IMG/VR virus record: IMGVR_UViG_3300025435_000024
Location: 1-58,057 of that record
Strand: one strand, 5' to 3'
DNA: 58,057 nt
From: a virus
Lineage: Duplodnaviria; Caudoviricetes
The stretch's first letter is position 1; each line of letters begins with the position of its first letter. Below the pieces are notes generated by a model. The model was not told the DNA's origin. It made no database searches and worked only from the letters and a program-made list of their open reading frames with translations. This document shows, piece by piece, positions 1-8,372 of the stretch. Both the position numbers and the translations under genes were made by a program.

Positions 1-284
1 GTGTTATCCTTACCTTCTGCTTTAGGTTCTTTCTTTTCAGACTTAGCCTCAGGCTTTGGCTTAGATGTTTCCTTACCGCCAGTGTCCTTAATCTCTTTAG
101 GTTCTTTCTTGATAATAGCAGCATTAAACTTGTAGTCTTTAGGCGAATTAAAACCACCAGACTTCATTTCTTTGCCTTCTTTCTTTTCTTCTTTTTTAAT
201 AAGCTTTTTAAATAGCTTCTTATCTTGTGCTTCATCTGAATGAAGTACACCACCAGATTTCAAAAATTTAACAGGACGTGCCAT
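1..284 (-). CDS. N-terminal part of a Lys-rich protein with KxGG motifs; probably continues into 57695-58057 across the window join
   Basis: ATG at 284 with AGGAG RBS. Frame is open to base 1: MARPVKFLKSGG...MKSGG...KAEGKDN. Not in the ORF track because it has no stop. Confidence 0.7.
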   Translation of the reverse strand, partial: MARPVKFLKSGGVLHSDEAQDKKLFKKLIKKEEKKEGKEMKSGGFNSPKDYKFNAAIIKKEPKEIKDTGGKETSKPKPEAKSEKKEPKAEGKDN

Positions 285-294
285 AATTTATCTC

Positions 295-522
295 CTAAAA
301 TTTAATAGAATTAATACAATGATCTTTATTAATTAGATCAAGAAACTTACATAAATAACACGCCCATTTTTCATTATTTTGTTGAGCAAATGCTGCCCTT
401 TGAGATAATGTAATAGGTTGCTTACTACCTAAAAATACAACATTAATAAACCGATCAATTTCAACTAAAACTCTTAACCAATATGGGTGAGGGTCTTGAG
501 GTGGAATTATACTGTCGGCCAT
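295..522 (-). CDS. small tail-region hypothetical protein
   Basis: 75 aa with DRFIN...T(L)SQR...W..LCxxLD...HC pattern; end of the tail-fibre operon. Confidence 0.6.
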   Translation of the reverse strand: MADSIIPPQDPHPYWLRVLVEIDRFINVVFLGSKQPITLSQRAAFAQQNNEKWACYLCKFLDLINKDHCINSIKF

Positions 523-935
523 ACATCTAACACAGCTTGTTTACCATTAGGTAAATAACCAGTTGCATGTAATGCATCTAAACCGTTAGAGGTGAGAGAT
601 GAAGCTTTTTCAATTTCTTTGGCGTATGTAAATTTAAGCCACAGAGAAGCAAGATTTGCATCGTTGTGTGCTGCTACTAACATTGCATCAGTCATGCCAC
701 CAGCGGTTTCACACAAACCTAAGAATTCCAAGGGACTTAAAATTGTTGAACTAGTGCCAGTTGAGGGATCAGGGACAGTTGGTGCAATAAAAGTTACACC
801 ATTGTCTTGTGTTGTCCAACCTATCCATTCACCAGCAGAGGACTGTGGCTGACTAATTTCAGCTTGTAAATCATGTCCCATAGTGACATGAGTTATTACC
901 CCACCATTTATTGAAACATATTTTTGTTCTGTCAT
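507..935 (-). CDS. tail fibre-associated protein
   Basis: Likely start MTEQKY at 935; follows the Gly-rich gene. Confidence 0.5.
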   Translation of the reverse strand: MTEQKYVSINGGVITHVTMGHDLQAEISQPQSSAGEWIGWTTQDNGVTFIAPTVPDPSTGTSSTILSPLEFLGLCETAGGMTDAMLVAAHNDANLASLWLKFTYAKEIEKASSLTSNGLDALHATGYLPNGKQAVLDVWPTV

Positions 936-946
936 ATTTTTAACCT

Positions 947-1774
947 TTACCAAAATATTACGCAGCAACCAGCCGTACCATTACCGCCAGCACCGCCATA
1001 AGCACCGCCACCACCACCGCCAGAACCATATCCAGTACCATTACTTCCATTACTACTAGGACTACCTCCTGTACCGCCTACGCCTAGATAACCAGAACCG
1101 CCACCACCACCTGATCCGCCATAGCTTGAATTACAAGCTACAGAATAAGCTATGCCATTTGATAAAAAGGTTCCAGACCCACTACCAGCATAGCCAGAAT
1201 GACTAGATGTAAAATATATTCCACCACCGCCACCGCCACCGTTAAGCCCAGATTGCGCGTCATTATACGGTGTCGCAGAAGTGCCAAGGATAGCGCCAAG
1301 TCCACCAACCCCTTGTTGAGCAGAACCTCCACGCCCTCCAGCAGCCGTAGAACTACCTCCGTATTGTCCACCTTCACCGCCAGCAGTAGTATATGTAACA
1401 CCACCAACAACTAATGTCGATGATGTTCCATTACTACCAGTAGAACCCGTCGATGCTCCGCCAGCTCCGCCAGCTCCTAGAGTTATTGTTGCAGTGCTTC
1501 CAATATAAATTGGTACTGGTTGCATTGGACAGCCTGAACCGCCGCCACCACCACCAGCGCCAGCAACACCGCTCTGTGTCCCATATCCGCCACCGCCGCC
1601 GCCACCGACAAGTAGTACGTAATAAATACCAGGACCTTTTACATTTGGGTTAATAGAAGTGTTAGATGGATCAAAAGTACCACTAGATGTAAAAGTTGTA
1701 GAATAATTTAAACCTGACAAATATGTGTTGTTTAGTGTACCATTAAGCGGAAATCCAAAAATACCTTGATTCAT
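947..1774 (-). CDS. glycine-rich tail/receptor-binding protein
   Basis: TFTSSGTF...LLVGGGGGGG start, many GGxGG repeats, ends GxxGCCVIFW. Confidence 0.7.
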   Translation of the reverse strand: MNQGIFGFPLNGTLNNTYLSGLNYSTTFTSSGTFDPSNTSINPNVKGPGIYYVLLVGGGGGGGYGTQSGVAGAGGGGGGSGCPMQPVPIYIGSTATITLGAGGAGGASTGSTGSNGTSSTLVVGGVTYTTAGGEGGQYGGSSTAAGGRGGSAQQGVGGLGAILGTSATPYNDAQSGLNGGGGGGGIYFTSSHSGYAGSGSGTFLSNGIAYSVACNSSYGGSGGGGGSGYLGVGGTGGSPSSNGSNGTGYGSGGGGGGAYGGAGGNGTAGCCVIFW

Positions 1775-1789
1775 TTTATAAATTCCCTA

Positions 1790-2179
1790 TTATAGGTCAG
1801 CTGCAAAACATTCCACGTTCCAATTTTCCGTGGTGTAAGCTGATGCATAAAGCGTGTACCCTGTTGGCAACACAAAGTCAGTATAAGTTTTATCAGCTTG
1901 GTAAGATGCAACCGTACTAGAAGGAGTTGTAGAAGTAGTAACAAACTGATCAAACAACTGAGCATTACCAGAACCAGAATAAATCCACAATGAAACTAGG
2001 CTGGCAGCATTGGATGCCGTCGCTTTAATACGTACACGATTAATACGTGTACCATTAGCACCTGCTGCAATAATAGATGTAAGACCAGTAACACCCGTTA
2101 CTGTAAGAGTTGTAACACCTGTTGTTAAGTTACCTACTGCGTAACGTGGTGTTGCTGCATATGCTGGAGCCGTAGCCAT
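1790..2179 (-). CDS. putative virion structural protein
   Basis: 129 aa, Thr/Ala-rich, GGAG RBS, inside the tail-fibre operon. Confidence 0.55.
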   Translation of the reverse strand: MATAPAYAATPRYAVGNLTTGVTTLTVTGVTGLTSIIAAGANGTRINRVRIKATASNAASLVSLWIYSGSGNAQLFDQFVTTSTTPSSTVASYQADKTYTDFVLPTGYTLYASAYTTENWNVECFAADL

Positions 2180-2190
2180 TAATTATCTCC

Positions 2191-4059
2191 TTAGAATAGA
2201 TTATAGTAGTTGAAAGGGTTTGTGCCACTTGTTTGATATGTGGCGTTGAACGATAAATTACCTGAACCATCATTTGTCAAAGCACCAGCAGCATTAGCTG
2301 TAGGTAATGTCATAGAATATGTACCTGCAACAGCCTGTGCCTGAAGTGTAACTGTACCACTTGTTGTACCAGCCAATTTTAAAGAGCCCGTACCAGTACC
2401 AGCTAAACCTGCCGTTAATGTAGTGTTAGCTAATACAGTTGTAAATGAGCCAGCAGCTTTAGTAGTCTGCCCAATAGACACGTTATCAATTGTACCTGCC
2501 GTTGCAGGATTAATCGTAACTACACCTGTACCAGTAGGGCTTATAACTACGTTAGCACTTGCTGGTGACATTGTAACTAAACCACCAGAAGCGGTAAATG
2601 TACCAGATGTTACTGAGGTATTCCCAGTAATTGCAGCACCGCCAGAAGATACCGTAAGTGTTGTTACAGATGGACCAGTGGCAAGTACTATAGAACCAGA
2701 ACCTGTAGTCGTGTTACCTAACACCGTCATAGTGCCAGTAGAAGCAGGTACAGTAATTACAGCAGAACCTAACGCACCAGCGACTGATGACATTGTAATT
2801 GTACCAGATGTTGTATTAGCTAATACAAAAGAACCGTTTGCAGAACCTGCTGTACCTGATTGAAGTACGCCAGATGTAATAACACTTGTACCCGTAGCGG
2901 CACCAATATTAGGTGTAGTAAGAGTTGGTGAAGTAGCTAATACAATAGAACCTGAACCAGTAGCTGTATTACCTAATGCAGTTACTGTACCAGATGTTGC
3001 TGGTAATGTCAATACTGTTGAAGTACCTGCAACAGCACTTGCGATAAGCTGGACAGTACCACTTGTAGCACCATACATAGTAACGGAACCACCAACAGGT
3101 CCAGTAGTTTGTCCAAGAGTTAAAGCACCGTTTGAAATGGTGACGTTAGCATTACCAGATACTGCTGTTGTGCTAGATGCATAGTATGCCATCTGCCCAG
3201 TAACACCAGAGTTGACTGTACCAGACCCAGCAGACACGTTAAGGGTAGAACCTGTAATACTTAAACCAGTACCAAGTGTAATAGCTACAGCAGTACCAGC
3301 ACCGCCTGAACCACCATACAACTGACTTGTTGTAGCACTAGGTAGTGCAGTATTAATATTAGCTGTGGTAGCTAATGTACCACTAGTAGGAAGAGTGACA
3401 CTAGTAGTACCAGATACTGTAAAGGTAGTACCGAATGCACCAGAAATAGTTAAAGTACTAGAAGCATTATTGGCTACACCTGTACCACCTGATGCTGGGC
3501 TTAATGGATTATTTAATACCAACTTTTGTGTATTGTCAAAAGTGGCTGCTTTAGTTAAACTACCATTGTCTGCTTTAGTCCAAATCTGTAACTCCCCACC
3601 AAGATTATTAGTGGTAGAACCAGTTACATAACCTTTAAGAGAAACGTGCTCATTATAAGCAGGAGAAACACCAGAATAGGGCCAAAAGGCAACTTTACCA
3701 ATAACATCCCCAGTGTTAGAAATAACAGGAGAAGACCCAGTACCACGAGAAGTACTGATACTAATGCCAGGAACAGTAGACGAATTAGCGGTATCAGTGA
3801 TTGCACTATTAGGTACATAAGAGTCTAATTCATAATAAATGTTTACAGAGTCTGTACCACTAAAATCACCATTGGTATTAATGCTAAGCCCTTGAGCTAC
3901 AGGCCCACCAGTCTCAGCAGTATTCCAATAGAAATTAGCATTGTTCTGTGCTACAGTAGTAGAACCAGACGCAAATAAAACTGAACCAGCAGTAAGTGGA
4001 GGAGAGCTAGGCGTAATGCCTGAACCACTACCAGCGGCTATGGCACGTAGTAATCCCAT
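2191..4059 (-). CDS. tail fibre protein
   Basis: 622 aa rich in S/T/G, with internal repeats (TLPxTSGT, TGSGSIVLATxP, TSGTxxL). Confidence 0.75.
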   Translation of the reverse strand: MGLLRAIAAGSGSGITPSSPPLTAGSVLFASGSTTVAQNNANFYWNTAETGGPVAQGLSINTNGDFSGTDSVNIYYELDSYVPNSAITDTANSSTVPGISISTSRGTGSSPVISNTGDVIGKVAFWPYSGVSPAYNEHVSLKGYVTGSTTNNLGGELQIWTKADNGSLTKAATFDNTQKLVLNNPLSPASGGTGVANNASSTLTISGAFGTTFTVSGTTSVTLPTSGTLATTANINTALPSATTSQLYGGSGGAGTAVAITLGTGLSITGSTLNVSAGSGTVNSGVTGQMAYYASSTTAVSGNANVTISNGALTLGQTTGPVGGSVTMYGATSGTVQLIASAVAGTSTVLTLPATSGTVTALGNTATGSGSIVLATSPTLTTPNIGAATGTSVITSGVLQSGTAGSANGSFVLANTTSGTITMSSVAGALGSAVITVPASTGTMTVLGNTTTGSGSIVLATGPSVTTLTVSSGGAAITGNTSVTSGTFTASGGLVTMSPASANVVISPTGTGVVTINPATAGTIDNVSIGQTTKAAGSFTTVLANTTLTAGLAGTGTGSLKLAGTTSGTVTLQAQAVAGTYSMTLPTANAAGALTNDGSGNLSFNATYQTSGTNPFNYYNLF

Positions 4060-4268
4060 TAAGCTTCGGTAGGCTCAACAGTGCGAGTATCTGACACTGT
4101 TTCAGTTTCAGCATAATTAGGAACAGATTTCAGTTGAATGTTAGACACATGATTATGTACTTCACTGTATGGACGGTAAGCCAGATACTGCAAAACATTA
4201 TAAAGTGTTTCAGCATCAATGGTATAAGTTACAATATCTTTACCATTATCGTCTTTAATCGAAGCCAT
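4059..4268 (-). CDS. hypothetical protein (possible fibre chaperone)
   Basis: 69 aa, LQYLAYRPYSEV motif; TAATG-coupled to neighbours. Confidence 0.5.
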   Translation of the reverse strand: MASIKDDNGKDIVTYTIDAETLYNVLQYLAYRPYSEVHNHVSNIQLKSVPNYAETETVSDTRTVEPTEA

Positions 4269-4606
4269 TATTGACCAACTCCATATGTAATATTAAGCGT
4301 GGCATTGCCACCAGTCGTGATAGCAGAGAAATATCCACCATACACATCATTGACTAAAAGATATGCTCCAGGAGCTAATTCAATACCGCCATTAACAGTA
4401 TTAGTAGGTACAGCAGCAACTACAGAACTATCTCCAAAAGCAATAAAGATAGGATAAGTATTAGTAGTAGGACTAAATAACAGTAGTGATTCAATATTTA
4501 CTGGAGAATAAGAAGGATAAGCTGTAGCACTAAGTGCGCTAGTTGTAATTGTATACTTACGAGTACTATTAGCAGCACATGGTGAGAAGTTAGCAATAGT
4601 AGCCAT
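4268..4606 (-). CDS. putative virion structural protein
   Basis: 112 aa, beta-rich; translationally coupled. Confidence 0.55.
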   Translation of the reverse strand: MATIANFSPCAANSTRKYTITTSALSATAYPSYSPVNIESLLLFSPTTNTYPIFIAFGDSSVVAAVPTNTVNGGIELAPGAYLLVNDVYGGYFSAITTGGNATLNITYGVGQ

Positions 4607-4947
4607 TACACTAACACCACATAAGCGCCTGTAGTTGTACCATCAGCACTGGCTACAAAACACCTCACATAAGGAGCAAGGCAATCAAATGCCAAAGCTA
4701 CCTGAGTCGTATTAGGAGATATCGCAGATGTAATTGTAGCAGTCATATCCTGCCATAGCGTACCGTCAGGACTACCTTGCACCTTCACAGTAAATTGCGT
4801 ACCACTTGTCGTCCAAGCCATTAAAGCCCTACGAGTCGTACCAGCAATATTACGTGGATTAGAAATTGTGCTACCAGCACCATTAGCAGCAGTACCGTTT
4901 GTGGAAGGTAAAAGCACTAATGGTTGGACTGCTTCTGATGCAGACAT
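4606..4947 (-). CDS. putative virion structural protein
   Basis: 113 aa with VQGSPDGTxW and APYVR motifs; AGGAG RBS; first gene after the leftward promoter. Confidence 0.6.
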   Translation of the reverse strand: MSASEAVQPLVLLPSTNGTAANGAGSTISNPRNIAGTTRRALMAWTTSGTQFTVKVQGSPDGTLWQDMTATITSAISPNTTQVALAFDCLAPYVRCFVASADGTTTGAYVVLV

Positions 4948-4973
4948 AGTTACTCCTTGTGGGATGAAACAAT

Positions 4974-5002
4974 AGTATATGTGTAAAAAAAGTGTAAGTC
5001 AA
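4974..5002 (-). promoter_or_regulatory. sigma70-like promoter for the tail-fibre operon
   Basis: TTGACT-17 bp-TATACT on the - strand. Confidence 0.75.
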
Positions 5003-5015
5003 GTATTATTTTTGA

Positions 5016-5044
5016 TTGACATTTAAATGATTTTGATATAGTAT
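5016..5044 (+). promoter_or_regulatory. sigma70-like promoter pointing into the structured non-coding region
   Basis: TTGACA-17 bp-TAGTAT; shares TATAGTATATT with the promoter at 49390-49418. Confidence 0.65.
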
Positions 5045-5049
5045 ATTCT

Positions 5050-5505
5050 GGTGATGGAAGTGATGACTCCATCTAGGAACTCTATTGGCTACCTCAGCCC
5101 GCAACAAACGCATATCAGGTTTAAAGACCCATATTGCAGCGTGTTCCGTCCAAAGCCCCACTTTAAGGATTAGGGGGTAAGAGTAGGCTCTGTGACGAAC
5201 CACAACCTACAAGTTCTACACGGTTTCTTAGCAGCTGTGTAGACTGCGTTGTATAGGTGATGAGATACATAGATACTGAACCGGACTTAAGTACCCAAAT
5301 TCTTTAGTTCAGTCTATGTAGCAGGAGACAGCACAACCTCCCTCCATGATGCTACTAGGGCTATATAGACTGGAATGCCCCATCATGTCTCTGCTAAGCT
5401 CTATTCGTGTGGCTCCAGACTTCAAGGGCTATCGGATACATCTAGTCTACTACAGGCTAGGTGTATCCGGTACACCACCTTCAAGCTCCGCAGGAATGGC
5501 TACGC
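5050..5505 (+). ncRNA. candidate large structured ncRNA (A)
   Basis: No credible ORF. Tiled stems include 5183-87/5206-10, 5215-24/5234-43, 5266-81/5307-20, 5345-51/5381-87 and 5431-48/5454-71 (18 bp, 3 G.U). Wobbles are valid only on the + strand. Confidence 0.55.
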
Positions 5506-5520
5506 AAATAGATATATAAT

Positions 5521-5540
5521 ATATTAATATATATTAATAT
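5521..5540. repeat. perfect 20-bp AT-only palindrome
   Basis: ATATTAATATATATTAATAT. Confidence 0.9.
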
Positions 5541-6119
5541 GGGTAGCGAATCTTTAAAAAACTAATAAAAACAATAACTTAATAAAACTATATTTGTAGC
5601 TACAAACAACATGATACCAGAATATTTATTGTTACAGGTCTAAATTGTATAAAAATTATAATAGCTTAGCATGTTTTTGCTAGGCTATTTTTTTATGTTT
5701 GTTTGATACTGTTGTAAATGATAAGCTATATTGTGGTACTTTATAAGTGATATACTACATGAAGTATGTGTATGTATGTTATTGTTACTGTTGTGTTTTT
5801 GGTAATTTATAGCAGTGACATATATACATATATATCAACGCTCAGTCCCCAGCCTACCCCCCTCTACAGCTATACAGCTAACCATACATACATATAACTG
5901 TATATACAGCGATACAAACAGAGAACAAATATTGAATGATATTCGTTTCATTCATTCTGCATTGTTTAATGATTAATGATTTGTCATTACCATTTCATTG
6001 CTGTGTCAGTATGTCGCATAGGGCTATAAAGCCATTTAAAAGGCCGTACAGGGCTATTTGACAGATTATGGCACTACGCCCTATAAATCTGTCCACATAA
6101 GTCAACCAATGAAATCAAT

Positions 6120-6169
6120 ATGTTAGCCCTTAACTGGCTACAAAATGTTAGCCCTTAACTGGCTACAAA
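6120..6169. repeat. exact 25-bp tandem duplication
   Basis: ATGTTAGCCCTTAACTGGCTACAAA twice, with no spacer. Confidence 0.95.
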
Positions 6170-6457
6170 GTGGACATTTTGTCTACAAATAACATATCAA
6201 ATCCTGGCATAAATCATGCATAACCAAATAAAGGTTAATAATACCCGGACAATATTCATGCAGCATATACCAGTCATATCTAGGTGATATGTAGCACATA
6301 TGGCACAATTCTTACTCATACGCAGACACGCGCTTATCCACTATTCGCGGGTATAGGGAATTAGAATAACTCTAAACTAGACGGCCTGATAGAAACTGTG
6401 GCAAATATAACACAAGTGCGACGGACTGCCGCACCCTCACATTTTTCAAAAATATCG

Positions 6458-6486
6458 CTAGACATTCCAAAATCATGGGCCTATAC
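6458..6486 (+). promoter_or_regulatory. probable early promoter (alphaproteobacterial RpoD-like)
   Basis: CTAGAC-17 bp-CTATAC resembles CTTGAC-N17-CTATAT; the first hairpin starts at about the predicted +1 (6494). Confidence 0.5.
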
Positions 6487-6493
6487 CTTGTCC

Positions 6494-6967
6494 ATCGAAG
6501 GCGAACACAACGGCTTGGGGGCCTATCCCACCCTCCCTTCGATTAGATGATCCTCGTCTAGCTAGTGCAAAATAACGCACAATAACATGGCTAGGGCAGG
6601 CACTCTCTAGCGGTCACGGTGAAGGTATGCGAAGGCATACAGGCACTAAGCAAGCCGCCCCTCTCCACAAGTGAGAGTGTAAACAACCAGAAACCGGCGA
6701 AATATGGCACGGTTCAATCTGGTTGGTCCTAGTATAACTCCCTATGATTGGATATGCACACGCACCTCTTAGCTTAGCCATACCGACTCGGTGAAGGATA
6801 AGTGTTCTCCTGCCCCTATCTTCTAATTTGGAGCCAAGCTAGAGACAAAACATTAAACCGATTAGGCTGGCCTGACACTCTGGCCTAATCAATCAATCAA
6901 TACTTACTAAGCACTAGTCACTGTGACAATTAAATCACAGATTGGCTAGTGCTTCCTTGTGTTGATT
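6494..6967 (+). ncRNA. candidate large structured RNA / early leader (B)
   Basis: Stems 6494-6501/6536-43, 6601-07/6673-79, GTATGC-GAAG-GCATAC at 6625-40, 6684-91/6718-25, 6860-70/6880-90 and 6909-20/6943-54; G.U pairs favour the + strand. Confidence 0.55.
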
Positions 6968-6998
6968 ACGTCTTAACCTTAACTCTTGGAGAATTGCT

Positions 6999-7226
6999 AT
7001 GAGCGCACAACAATTGACTGAAAAGAAAACGTATCTGGTTCGTTACTTGTCAAAAGCGGGTAAAGGTGGCGATGCTACCACATTCCGCTACACTGAAATT
7101 CAAGCCAAGAATATTGAGCAGGCTAAACTTAAGGCTGAAATGCTTATGGATGATAAGGATTGCTTCACCTATGATGTGATTGATCCTATCGTATTGCATA
7201 GCGTAACAGCGGGAGTAAAAGCATAA
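6999..7226 (+). CDS. early hypothetical protein
   Basis: 75 aa, GGAG RBS, first + strand gene. Confidence 0.7.
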   Translation: MSAQQLTEKKTYLVRYLSKAGKGGDATTFRYTEIQAKNIEQAKLKAEMLMDDKDCFTYDVIDPIVLHSVTAGVKA

Positions 7227-7301
7227 CTAATAGTTACTCTTTCAAAGCCTAGTAAATGCCATGCTAGGCTTATATGGACTAACTAAACCAGGACTATTGC
7301 T

Positions 7302-7508
7302 ATGTCTTACACCACAACTAACTTTAAAACCAAGAAAGCAATCAAGGAGGCCATTGTTTCTGGTAAACGTATCACTTGCTTTAATCCGGGCATGGGTACT
7401 TGTCCTGATAATGGTACAATATACCTTGAAGGACCGCATTATCCTGAACCGCATAAATGGTACGCTCAAGGTGTAATGAAAGACGGATTGCTTGTATCAA
7501 TCAAATGA
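7302..7508 (+). CDS. early hypothetical protein
   Basis: 68 aa, NFKTKK...EGPHYPEPHKWYA; AGGA RBS. Confidence 0.7.
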   Translation: MSYTTTNFKTKKAIKEAIVSGKRITCFNPGMGTCPDNGTIYLEGPHYPEPHKWYAQGVMKDGLLVSIK

Positions 7509-7519
7509 GGAGAAGTATC

Positions 7520-7705
7520 ATGTCTATGTCTAAGAAAGACTTTGAAGCTATTGCTAGTGCATTTAAAGCTGAACATACGTATGCTAAAAAGTATGGTGTT
7601 CAGCCTTCACTAGAAGTATTGTCTGCTAGACTAGCAACATACTTTCAACAGTGTAATCCTCGCTTTGATGACTCTAAGTTTATCATTGCTTGTATGGGAG
7701 ACTAA
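7520..7705 (+). CDS. early hypothetical protein
   Basis: MSMSKKDFEAIA...NPRFD..KF..AC pattern; AGGAG RBS before 7520. Confidence 0.7.
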   Translation: MSMSKKDFEAIASAFKAEHTYAKKYGVQPSLEVLSARLATYFQQCNPRFDDSKFIIACMGD

Positions 7706-7707
7706 TC

Positions 7708-7899
7708 ATGATTACTTGCGGAACAATCTTAGAACAAATGTGGTCTATAGATTACGTCACTAAACAAGGCGTTGATATAGATCATGAATTAAATATGTTG
7801 ATGTATCGCATGGTAAGAGAACTTGCACTAGATAATTACCCTTTGATATTTAAAACCCTCGCTCGTCATGAACATGACACTACCCCTAACCTAGCATAG
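7708..7899 (+). CDS. early hypothetical protein
   Basis: GGAG RBS; coupled ORF. Confidence 0.5.
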   Translation: MITCGTILEQMWSIDYVTKQGVDIDHELNMLMYRMVRELALDNYPLIFKTLARHEHDTTPNLA

Positions 7900-7906
7900 G
7901 TGAACC

Positions 7907-8107
7907 ATGACTGACACTTACTCACTAACACTAACAGCCACTACTCGTAATGGCATCGAGCTAAAGCAATTGCGTTTGGATAATGCTTTGTCTAAACAAG
8001 TATTAGACTTGCAAGCTGAGCCATTGTTTAATGAATTGCGTACACTATATCCTAATGGATATGTGTTTCGTAAATATGAAACTAACCGAGTCAACAAAAC
8101 AATCTAA
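7907..8107 (+). CDS. early hypothetical protein
   Basis: 66 aa, AGGT RBS. Confidence 0.55.
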   Translation: MTDTYSLTLTATTRNGIELKQLRLDNALSKQVLDLQAEPLFNELRTLYPNGYVFRKYETNRVNKTI

Positions 8108-8119
8108 GGAGATTGTATC

Positions 8120-8260
8120 ATGTACACTGAATTGATTAAGTGTATTGAACACTATGTCAATTGGCATAGGCATAATGTATCACTACTTCAACACGAGTAT
8201 CAGTATGCGTTTGATTTGTCTTTGAACTATATCAATCAGTATAACTGGAGCAAGGTGTAA
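8120..8260 (+). CDS. small early protein (46 aa)
   Basis: AGGAG RBS; MYTELIKCIEH...WSKV; below the ORF-track cutoff. Confidence 0.5.
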   Translation: MYTELIKCIEHYVNWHRHNVSLLQHEYQYAFDLSLNYINQYNWSKV

Positions 8261-8261
8261 C

Positions 8262-8372
8262 ATGACTAATAACCAGGTTACTAATCATAGACCTATTGAC
8301 TATGTAATAGATGCTATAGCATTAGCATTGTTTATATTCATGGTCTACTCATGGAGCATTGCATTGACATGA
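8262..8372 (+). CDS. small membrane peptide (36 aa)
   Basis: MTNNQ...IALALFIFMVYSWSIALT; ATGA overlap with the next gene. Confidence 0.45.
   Translation: MTNNQVTNHRPIDYVIDAIALALFIFMVYSWSIALT

Noticed and set aside
592-3828. Plus-strand and alternative-frame ORFs over the tail-fibre genes (and similar shadow ORFs genome-wide, e.g. 16903-17388, 42374-42814, 46188-46601)
   Set aside because: Antisense or frame shadows of well-supported genes, lacking RBSs and motifs.
5006-5203. 65-aa minus-strand ORF
   Set aside because: No RBS, overlaps the promoter, and the G.U pattern favours a + strand RNA.
6120-6169. CRISPR mini-array
   Set aside because: Two abutting copies with no spacer; no cas operon. 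The Cas4-like gene is an ordinary phage exonuclease.
6120-6240. CtrA boxes
   Set aside because: Only TTAAC half-sites; no TTAA-N7-TTAA spacing.
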